Below are positions 21,101 through 28,439 of a DNA stretch of 64,000 bases, piece by piece; within the stretch, counting starts at the first letter, position 1; the number at the start of each line of letters is the position of its first letter. This DNA comes from an uncultured Clostridia bacterium (GTDB lineage Bacteria > Bacillota > Clostridia > TANB77 > CAG-508). Location: the NCBI GenBank assembly GCA_934162615.1, contig CAKPJK010000001.1, positions 29,754 to 93,753 on the forward strand. The letters are read 5' to 3'. Under the pieces are notes generated by a model. The model saw nothing but the letters and a program-made list of their open reading frames with translations, was not told the origin of the DNA and searched no databases. A program made the translations under genes and the position numbers.

Positions 21101-21220
21101 GATCAGGTTTATGTGGCACATGGAACTGCTAAGTCAAGACCATATGGATGGGATTCATTAAGTTATATAAAATCTTATTTTAAATCAGGAGATGGAGTAT
21201 TGTATATAGGAGGAAAATAA
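18131..21220 (+). CDS. Large T4SS-associated cell-wall hydrolase (glucosaminidase-like plus C-terminal Cys-peptidase C39-like/CHAP-like domain)
   Basis: TTG start with SD AGGAGGG. N-terminal TM. FIYAFLRDESGIGS..NNWGSWN resembles the FlgJ/LytD glucosaminidase motif. The C-terminus has AKAGCGPTAASIISSGY (catalytic Cys) and SGAHCIALIDY (His). Confidence 0.7.
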   Translation: MEKFKKILKSIFSFKLIILVIVIVLIIFIILSSGFYFITIDDGEWEDAEFGNPSSYTEHVSVSGETGLAVSKSDLKTTALKGLKYTDEQIASMSDEEVIEKLQINRKLKKSPKVKSLDEVTQAELLWCMNDVYSKYLDKPEELEKLLNAEIITQYPDLGDAEGKLNGIIKFERHKEDGSSEFLTYVDSGTFDKYVNDGDSKALDYFTLDDTGNVVIASINTTTETLGLNDSEAKISDFTANLSEENKNGDGSYKKVTKNVSKQTIYYKNYVQDYTLPFNYLWSLLIIGEDKEFVMELAELAENSEITISIYDNITTNTNTDVYTYKKETRTDTYVRVTPSTTYGIKNVPTKGYWWPADKLTDAGATIGVDDWKNDADYETDETEYKITHTVKSDINAPTIALTKANVWIVDYSVEYTYKEAEVVSDDTNSKEEEDTDFVLDSDASGDSDSNSALLNCEHAQEMTRKTRKYIEDHKPDTTTSRSSFSITGTSSGTNSKKDNSVFDSVIKEDVKTDTNSNLLHPSKKDDTTKSDSSSSKEDVPTTVPEPLLTVLPSYVRCDKYKHKIDRKQTTTSTTTQQSYVAQTPVSNPKDDKDADTDNFVKILCNKKHKKAKNYLTDGTTTSWLWEIMSVNCSDKLIDLTKYLFYKATGTNFGKKEYEYTGLEPPVSVDYSKFVGDYIVKTNDPNAAPVVNDKLKLKAGLEVWLRDASTQKANALSIVDKVFECQEKYNVNAIFIYAFLRDESGIGSANSTAVKQNNWGSWNVGASYPSPQENIETIAKGISTGSFYFTKGNISVASIGKIYCPNEPAHPAQGDLWIETVQKFMTQLYGAMGISVSTETSGGTVAEGGVGTIGVYQSGSGSKFNLYLQGSGAPWANEDYGNDHSMAKAGCGPTAASIISSGYNASINPSTFRAKMIQLYGTGNHSSATLIEKAFNQLVPGVKTETTTSFDENKIRNCLKSGGQVWLVVSHCKYTSGAHCIALIDYNSSNDQVYVAHGTAKSRPYGWDSLSYIKSYFKSGDGVLYIGGK

Positions 21221-22482
21221 TGATTAACAAATTAAAGAAAATTATTATAATTTTATGTTTTATTATTGCCATTATAGTATTGATATTATTATGTTATTTA
21301 AAAATGAATGAAAATTATGATTCCAATATAACTAATAATATTGATGAAAATAGTTTTGATGTAGAAGTAGATGAAGAAATAATGGATACTTTGACAGAGG
21401 ATGAATTATTTAATGCAAAAAATTGTATTCAGTTATATGTGAATTATATAGCAGATAAAAACTATGACGCTGTTATGAGTGTATTAGATGAAAATTATAT
21501 AAAAGAGAATAATATTTCAGTAGATAATATAGAAAATAAAATAAAAAAATATAATGATAATAATTATTTTATTATTAGTAAAGCATATAAAAAAGAATTA
21601 ACATTAGATATTGTAAAATATTATATTAGTGGAAGTATATTTGATAATAAATTTTCTACTTCTGAACAGATTGATTGTACGGTTTTAATGGATAATGCAA
21701 ATAATGTATTTTCAATAGTTCCTGAGGATTTAAGAAATAATAGTAAATTTGAATTTAATGAATATATAAAATTAGATGCTAATAATTATTATAATAAAGT
21801 TGTATATAAAGCATATTCAAATGGAGATGTAATAAGTGAATATTTTAATTTATATAAAGATTTAGCAATTAATAATCCTAATTTGGCATTTCAATTGTTA
21901 GATTCTACATATAAAGAAAAAAGATTTAATAATTCTATAGATGAATATAAAAAATACTTGAAAGATATAGATGTTGAAAATATTTATTTATCTAAATTTT
22001 CTTGTAATATTTATAAAAATTATAATGAATATGTTGGAGTGGACAAAAATGGACTATATTATTTCTTTAGAGAAAAAACACCAATGAATTTTTCTGTAAT
22101 TTTGGATACATATACAATTTTATCAGATGATTTTAAAGAAACATATGATAAAGCAGATAATGAAAAGAAAATTCAAATGAATATAGATAGATTTGTTCAT
22201 ATGATAAATAATAAGGACTATAGAACAGCATATGGTTATATAGCAGATGGATTTAAAAACAATTATTTGGACACACAAGATAAATTTGAGAATTATATCA
22301 AAAATGAATTTTTTGAATATAATAATTTTGAATTTGATAGTATTGAGCAAAAGGGAAGTAACTTGTATACGTGTACGTTAACGCTTACAGATGCGACAGG
22401 AAATAGTAAAGATTTTAAAAAAATAACAATTATAATGCAATTAAATGATAATTACGATTTCAAAATGTCATTTAGTGTATAA
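21220..22482 (+). CDS. Membrane-anchored protein with two NTF2-like repeats (TcpC/VirB8-like candidate)
   Basis: ATG shares one nt with the upstream stop (TAATG). N-terminal TM. Two similar segments: NCIQLYVNYIADKNYDAVMSVLDENY and IDRFVHMINNKDYRTAYGYIADGFKNNY. Confidence 0.4.
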   Translation: MINKLKKIIIILCFIIAIIVLILLCYLKMNENYDSNITNNIDENSFDVEVDEEIMDTLTEDELFNAKNCIQLYVNYIADKNYDAVMSVLDENYIKENNISVDNIENKIKKYNDNNYFIISKAYKKELTLDIVKYYISGSIFDNKFSTSEQIDCTVLMDNANNVFSIVPEDLRNNSKFEFNEYIKLDANNYYNKVVYKAYSNGDVISEYFNLYKDLAINNPNLAFQLLDSTYKEKRFNNSIDEYKKYLKDIDVENIYLSKFSCNIYKNYNEYVGVDKNGLYYFFREKTPMNFSVILDTYTILSDDFKETYDKADNEKKIQMNIDRFVHMINNKDYRTAYGYIADGFKNNYLDTQDKFENYIKNEFFEYNNFEFDSIEQKGSNLYTCTLTLTDATGNSKDFKKITIIMQLNDNYDFKMSFSV

Positions 22483-22495
22483 AAAATTCTAATAA

Positions 22496-22535
22496 AAATA
22501 CAATAAATTTTATGATTTATTGTATTTTTATTTTT
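22496..22535 (+). terminator. Terminator ending the T4SS-like operon
   Basis: AAATACAATAAAT / ATTTATTGTATTT 13-bp stem followed by a T-run. Confidence 0.7.
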
Positions 22536-22559
22536 GCTATGTTAGAATAGGGATAGGGA

Positions 22560-23294
22560 GTGATGCCAATGATAGAAATAAAAAACATATCAAAAGAATA
22601 CAAAAAAAATAAAAAAGTAATAAATAATATTAGTTTAGAAATTAAAGATGGAGAAATATTTGGCTTTTTAGGACCCAATGGAGCCGGAAAAACAACTACA
22701 ATAAAAATGATGACAGGAATATTAGAAATAGATGAAGGTGATATTTTTATAGATGGAAAAAGTATAAAAGCAAATCCAATAGAAGCCAAAAGGCTAATTG
22801 GTTTGGTTCCAGATAATCCAGATGCATTTTTAAAACTAAGAGGTATAGAATATTTGAACTTTATGGCGGATATATATGAAGTTTCAACGGAAGATAGAAT
22901 TAAGAGAATAAAAGAATTTTCAGAAAAATTTGAAATAAATAATGTATTAAATAATAAAGTGGAAAGTTATTCTCATGGAATGAGGCAGAAATTAATAATA
23001 ATAGGTGTATTATTGCATAATCCTAAAAACTGGATATTAGATGAACCAATGACAGGGCTTGATCCAAAAGCTTCATTTGAATTAAAAAATATGATGAGAG
23101 AACATGCTAAAAAAAATAACACAGTATTTTTCTCAACACATATTTTGGATGTTGCAGAAAGATTGTGTGATAGAATTGGAATTATAGATAAAGGAAAATT
23201 ATTATTCGTAGGAACATATGAGGATTTGAAAAAAGAATTAAAAGAAAATAAATCATTGGAAGAATTATTTATGGAGATTGTAGAAAATGAATAA
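22560..23294 (+). CDS. ABC transporter ATP-binding protein
   Basis: Walker A GPNGAGKTTT, signature YSHGMRQK, Walker B ILDEP. Confidence 0.9.
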   Translation: MMPMIEIKNISKEYKKNKKVINNISLEIKDGEIFGFLGPNGAGKTTTIKMMTGILEIDEGDIFIDGKSIKANPIEAKRLIGLVPDNPDAFLKLRGIEYLNFMADIYEVSTEDRIKRIKEFSEKFEINNVLNNKVESYSHGMRQKLIIIGVLLHNPKNWILDEPMTGLDPKASFELKNMMREHAKKNNTVFFSTHILDVAERLCDRIGIIDKGKLLFVGTYEDLKKELKENKSLEELFMEIVENE

Positions 23295-24981
23295 AAAAAT
23301 AAAAAATATATTTAATTTAACAAAAATTCTTTTTTTAAATTCTTTTCAAAATCCGTATATAATTGACCCAAAAACAAATAAAATTAATAAAAAATCAATT
23401 TTTGTTTGGTTTTTGGTAATTGTTATGGTAGCATTATCATATTTTAGTTATATGATAGTGGATGAGTTAGTGAAAATTGGACAACCAACATTATTTTTAA
23501 ATTTTTTCTTTTTAATAATAATGATAATACTGATTTTTCAAGTTATTTTGGCAAGTACAAATGTATATTTCTTTTCACGAGATTTAGAAATATTGCTGCC
23601 TTTGCCATTAAAACCAGAAGAATTATTAATTTCAAAATTTAATACATTAGTAATTAATTTATATTTTTCGGAATTTATTTTTGCACTATTTCCATTAATT
23701 ATTTATGGAATTTGTACATATGCTGGAATAATATATTATTTATATTTAATTTTAGTTTTATTAATTTTTCCGATTTTGCCTGTATTATTTGTAAGCATTA
23801 TAACAATGTTATTTATGAGATTATCTAAATTAATAAAAAATAAAGACATTTTTCAAATAATTATTACATTAATATTTATTGCATTCGTAATTTTAATGGA
23901 ATTTAAAATTGGAAGTGCATTTATTAATAAAACACAAAATAATGAAAATTTAAGTAAAGAAGAATTAGTACAAATATTTAATGGATTTTATGATAAATTA
24001 AAAAATATTTATAATTATTTTTTAGAATTAAATCCGTCAATTGAATTTTTAAATAATTATAATAAAATAAATTCTATTTTAAATTTATTTAAAATTATTT
24101 TTATTGATTTTTTATTTTTAATTTTATTTATTTTTGTTGGAAAAAAACATTATTTAAAAAATGTTTTAAAAAATAATAATAATTATTACTTAAATAAAAA
24201 TGAAAAAAATATAATAGAAAAAAAATCAAAAAAATTAAATATTAGAAAATCATATATAAAAAAAGAATTTGAATTATTATTTAAAAATCCAATATTTTTT
24301 ACGCAATGTATTTTACCTATTTTTATTTTGATAATTTCTCTTACAATTATAGTAATAACTACATTGCCTAATTTACAATTAATTTTAAATTCTGATTTTA
24401 TTGGGAGGAAAATAGAATTTTCTGTTGATTTAAGTGTGGTATGTGTGGTAATTGCGGTTGTTCAGTTAATATTTTCAATATCAAATATTTCTATAACTGC
24501 AATATCTAGAGAAGGGAAAAATGCTAATTATCTAAAATTTATACCAGTGGACTTTTATATACAATTTATTTATAAAAGTGTGCCACAAATAATTATTAAT
24601 AATATTTTAATTTTATTTATTTTAATTTTAATAAAAATTATTTTACCTAAATTTGATTTAATTTATTTATTTTTAATTTTTATTATTTCTAATTTATTTA
24701 ATATTATTAATAGTGAATTAATGGTTTTGGTTGATTTATGGCGTCCTAATATAAATTGGAAGGCAGATTATGAGGCAACTAAGAGTAATAATAAAATTTT
24801 TCAATATGGTCTTAGTGTTATTAGTATTTTAGTTTTGGTGTATTTTTATAAAGTATTAAAAGATATTAAATTAATTTATTCTTGTTTATTAATTATTTTA
24901 ATTTTATTTATTTTTATTTTATTAATTAATAAAATTATTAAAATTAATATTAATAAATTTTTTAAAAAAATAAATAATTAA
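23287..24981 (+). CDS. Polytopic ABC-exporter-type permease
   Basis: 564 aa, many TM segments. Overlaps the ATPase gene by 8 nt. Confidence 0.7.
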   Translation: MNKKIKNIFNLTKILFLNSFQNPYIIDPKTNKINKKSIFVWFLVIVMVALSYFSYMIVDELVKIGQPTLFLNFFFLIIMIILIFQVILASTNVYFFSRDLEILLPLPLKPEELLISKFNTLVINLYFSEFIFALFPLIIYGICTYAGIIYYLYLILVLLIFPILPVLFVSIITMLFMRLSKLIKNKDIFQIIITLIFIAFVILMEFKIGSAFINKTQNNENLSKEELVQIFNGFYDKLKNIYNYFLELNPSIEFLNNYNKINSILNLFKIIFIDFLFLILFIFVGKKHYLKNVLKNNNNYYLNKNEKNIIEKKSKKLNIRKSYIKKEFELLFKNPIFFTQCILPIFILIISLTIIVITTLPNLQLILNSDFIGRKIEFSVDLSVVCVVIAVVQLIFSISNISITAISREGKNANYLKFIPVDFYIQFIYKSVPQIIINNILILFILILIKIILPKFDLIYLFLIFIISNLFNIINSELMVLVDLWRPNINWKADYEATKSNNKIFQYGLSVISILVLVYFYKVLKDIKLIYSCLLIILILFIFILLINKIIKININKFFKKINN

Positions 24982-25358
24982 TAAAAATATTATTTTAATT
25001 AATTAAAAGTTAATAAATAAAATACGAAATAATTAAATTTATTATTTAAATATTAAATAAATTAATTTTTATTTAAATAAATAGTTTTAATTTAATAAAT
25101 CAAAAAATAAAAATAATATTTATTTATTATTTTTATTTTTTTGAATTTTATAAAATAATAAATAATTAATTAATTTATTATTTTTTTATTTTATTTTTAA
25201 AATGTAATTGCAACAGAAAATAAAAAATAGAAAAATATTATAATATCTATTGCATAAATTAACTTTTTATGTTAATATATTTGTATTATATTTCAAACAA
25301 AATTTTATTAATTCGAATTAAGGCAAATCTGCCAAATTTTCAAGAAAAAGTTAAATAA

Positions 25359-26253
25359 AGAAAGAAGGAATGTGGCATAGTAAAATTATTAAATCCCAAA
25401 AATGATTATGTTTTCAAAAGAATATTTGGACAAATTGGAAACGAAGATATAACTGCTTCATTAATAAGTTCAATAGTTGGCAAAGAAATAACGAATGTCG
25501 AATTAGACAATAATACAATACTTGAAAAAGATTTATTTGATGACAAAGTAGGAATTTTAGATATAAAAGCAAAAATAGACAGTAATATTAATTGTGATAT
25601 AGAGATGCAAGTGGTGGATAAAAATGATATAGAAAGAAGATTATTATTTTATTGGAGTAGATTATTTAGTAAAAGTATAAAAGCAGGAAAAGATTATTCA
25701 GAATTAGAAAAAACAATAGCAATATTAATAACAGATTATGAATTAGAATCATTAAAACAAATCCCCAAATATCAAACAAAATGGCAAATAAGAGAGGAAG
25801 AATACTACCAAGCAATATTGACAGATGTCATGGAATTGTATATAATTGAATTACCAAAGTTCATAAAGAACAAAGAAAACAAGAAAAAACAGGTGGACCC
25901 ATGGTTAAAATTTATAGAAAATCCAGAGGTGGTAAATATGGATGAAAATGCAGCAATAAAAAAAGCCCAAAAAGAATTAGAAAAAATAAGCAATGATGAG
26001 CATGAAAGATATTTGGCAGAATTAAGAGAAAAATATATAATGGATCAAAAAGCAACAGAAGATGCAGGATATTATAAGGGGATAAAAGAAGGAAGAGAAG
26101 AAGGAATTAAAGAAGGAGAAATTAAACGGAAGAGAAAAAGGAAAAAAAGAAGAGAAAGAAAATGTGGCAAGAAAATTATTACAACGAAAAATAGATATTG
26201 ATGTGATAATTCAAGCAACAGGACTTACAAAAGAAGAAATAGAAAAATTGTAA
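25359..26253 (+). pseudogene. Rpn-family recombination-promoting nuclease / PD-(D/E)XK putative transposase, disrupted by two frameshifts
   Basis: Family-typical KLLNPKNDYVFKRIFG N-terminus and DIEMQV core lie in a frame with no ATG/GTG/TTG before 25605; the nearby ATG (25370) is in another frame. The typical C-terminus NVARKLLQRKIDIDVIIQATGLTKEEIEKL is read in the +1 frame, ending at 26253. Confidence 0.7.
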
Positions 26254-26353
26254 AATTATAAAATTGTTTGAAATAAAAAAAATATTATATATTTGAAAAA
26301 ATTATAAATTTTTCAATATATAATATTTTTTTAAATTAATTATTTAATTTATT

Positions 26354-27067
26354 TTAATGTCTAAAAAATAAATTAATAAAAAATTGTAAAATACTATTTT
26401 CATTATATAATTTAATTAAATAATTTCTAGTAAATGGAATATGCCATAAAATAAAGAAAATAAAAATAATAATTAAAATAGTAATAAATAAAGCAAATAA
26501 ATCTTTAAATTTATTTTTTATATTTATAAAAAAATTAGAAAAATAATTATTGTAATTAATATTATTATAATTATTTTTATTATTATTTTTAGAATAATTC
26601 TCATTATTTTTTAAATTAGAATTATTAACATTTTCTCTATAATAATTATCATTATATTCTGAATTAATATTATTTTTTTCATAATTATTTTTATTATTTT
26701 CTAAATTATCATAGTTTAAATTATTTTCACTATAATTGTTTTGAATATTATTTAAATAATTTAATTTTTCTTTTAATATATTTAAATTATTTTTTAAATT
26801 AATATTTTCTTGATATAATGAATTATAATCATTAATTGAAATTTCTGTATTTTTTAAATTTAAATCATATTTTTTTCTTTTTTCTGGATCTGATAAAATA
26901 TTATAGGCTTCATTTATTTTTTTTATTTTTTCTTCATATTTATTTTTGTCTTCGTCTTTTTGTAAATCTGGATGGTATTTTTTTACTAATGTTTTATAGG
27001 CTTTTTCAATTATCTCTGGTGATGCATTTTTACTTACTTCTAATATATCATAATAATTATTTTCCAA
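26354..27067 (-). CDS. J-domain (DnaJ-like) protein with Asn-rich linker and C-terminal TM anchor
   Basis: [30 protein letters not shown] (HPD motif), a long N/Y-rich low-complexity region, and C-terminal [19 protein letters not shown]. Confidence 0.8.
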   Translation of the reverse strand: MENNYYDILEVSKNASPEIIEKAYKTLVKKYHPDLQKDEDKNKYEEKIKKINEAYNILSDPEKRKKYDLNLKNTEISINDYNSLYQENINLKNNLNILKEKLNYLNNIQNNYSENNLNYDNLENNKNNYEKNNINSEYNDNYYRENVNNSNLKNNENYSKNNNKNNYNNINYNNYFSNFFINIKNKFKDLFALFITILIIIFIFFILWHIPFTRNYLIKLYNENSILQFFINLFFRH

Positions 27068-27258
27068 TTAAATCAATCCCTTCTTTATTAATATAACATA
27101 AAAATAAAAAAAAATAAATTATATTTATTAAAAATAATATAAATTAAAATTAATTAATTTATATTATTTTTAATTATTTAAATTTAATTTATAAAAATAT
27201 TAAAAAATTAACGTAACAAATAAAATTAAAATTAATAAAATAGTATAAGGTGATTATT

Positions 27259-28107
27259 ATGAATTTAGGTTTAGCATTATCTGGCGGTGGTGCAAAAGGA
27301 GCTGCACATATTGGAGTATTAAAGGCATTTGAAGAAGAAAAAATAAAAATAAATTATATAGGAGGAACATCGTCGGGAAGTATAGTAGCAACTTTATATG
27401 CAGCTGGATATAAAGCAGATGATATTTATTTTATTTTTAAAAAATATTGTAAAAAAATAAAATATGTAGAATTAAAAAATATATTTAAATTATTTTTTGG
27501 AATTACTTTAACAGGGACGATAATAATTGACGGTTTAAATTCTGGTAAATCAATTAAAAAATTAATTAATAAAATTTGTAGAGAAAAAAATATTAACAAT
27601 ATTTCTGATATTAAAATGCCACTTGCAATTCCAAGTGTTGATATGAATACAGGTGATGTAATTTGTTTTACATCTTCTAAAATAAGAGCTTTTTCGGATA
27701 ATACAATTTTTGTAAATGATGCAAATATTGGAAATTGTGTTCAGGCTAGTTGCAGTTTTCCATCTGTTTTTTCACCATGTGATTTTAATAATAGAAAATT
27801 AGTTGATGGTGGAATTAGGGAAAATGTGCCTTGGAGAGAACTTAGATTTTTGGGTGCTGATAAAGTTGTAAGTGTAGTGTTTGAAAATGAAGTTGATGAT
27901 AATTGTTGTAAAAACTTAGTTGATGTTGCTGTTCGTTCTTTTGCATTAATGGGTAAGGAACTTTCGAAACATGAGCTTAGTGGTGCTGATTATTTAATTA
28001 AAATAAAAAGTAAAAAGATTTCTCTTTTGGATATGAGTAAAATGGATTATTTTTATGAGTTGGGGTATAGGGAAGCGAAGAAATTTATTCTTCAAAACTT
28101 AAAATAA
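27259..28107 (+). CDS. Patatin-like phospholipase
   Basis: SGGGAKGAAHIGV oxyanion motif, GTSSGS (GxSxG), DGG catalytic Asp. SD AAGGTGA before ATG 27259. Confidence 0.85.
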   Translation: MNLGLALSGGGAKGAAHIGVLKAFEEEKIKINYIGGTSSGSIVATLYAAGYKADDIYFIFKKYCKKIKYVELKNIFKLFFGITLTGTIIIDGLNSGKSIKKLINKICREKNINNISDIKMPLAIPSVDMNTGDVICFTSSKIRAFSDNTIFVNDANIGNCVQASCSFPSVFSPCDFNNRKLVDGGIRENVPWRELRFLGADKVVSVVFENEVDDNCCKNLVDVAVRSFALMGKELSKHELSGADYLIKIKSKKISLLDMSKMDYFYELGYREAKKFILQNLK

Positions 28108-28110
28108 TAA

Positions 28111-28139
28111 TTGCAATAAGTAAATATTTATTATATAAT
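28111..28139 (+). promoter_or_regulatory. Sigma-A type promoter of small peptide gene 1
   Basis: TTGCAA (28111-16), 17-nt spacer, TATAAT (28134-39). Confidence 0.45.
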
Positions 28140-28169
28140 TACTTTGCCTTCAAAAAGGAGGTGAAGTGA

Positions 28170-28241
28170 ATGAATGAATTGAAAAACATGTTGAAAATCA
28201 TTTTAATATTAAAACTTTTAGAGTTTTTGGAAAGTGATTGA
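28170..28241 (+). CDS. 23-aa peptide MNELKNMLKIILILKLLEFLESD; type I toxin candidate
   Basis: SD AGGAGGTG 6 nt upstream. Own promoter and terminator. Paralog of the 22-aa ORF at 33661-33729. Not in the ORF track because it is too short. Confidence 0.5.
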   Translation: MNELKNMLKIILILKLLEFLESD

Positions 28242-28247
28242 AATTTA

Positions 28248-28326
28248 AAAAGAACAGGACTGGCATCCTGTTCTTTTATAAGTTCATGAAAGAACTGAAA
28301 AACATTTTTGTTATTTGCTTAAGCTA
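28248..28326 (-). ncRNA. Convergent small RNA (antitoxin-like) of module 1
   Basis: Minus-strand promoter TTGACA (28360-28355), 17-nt spacer, TATACT (28337-28332). Ends at the shared terminator. Its 5' part is complementary to 28170-28192, the start codon and first codons of the peptide gene. Confidence 0.45.
28251..28278. terminator. Bidirectional terminator shared by peptide gene 1 and the convergent sRNA
   Basis: AGAACAGGA...TCCTGTTCT stem, flanked by an A-run upstream and a T-run downstream. Confidence 0.7.
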
Positions 28327-28439
28327 TTTGTAGTATACTACATATTTTATTATATGTCAATATTTACGAAAAAATTCATATTAACTATAAATATATTTTA
28401 TATTAGAAATTTAATTATAAAATAAAATTTAGTACAATT

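Noticed and set aside
24982-25358. Highly repetitive-looking AT-only region with several palindromes, considered as a CRISPR or repeat array
   Set aside because: There is no regular repeat-spacer periodicity. It consists of A/T homopolymer-rich hairpins (terminator-like) and low-complexity sequence.
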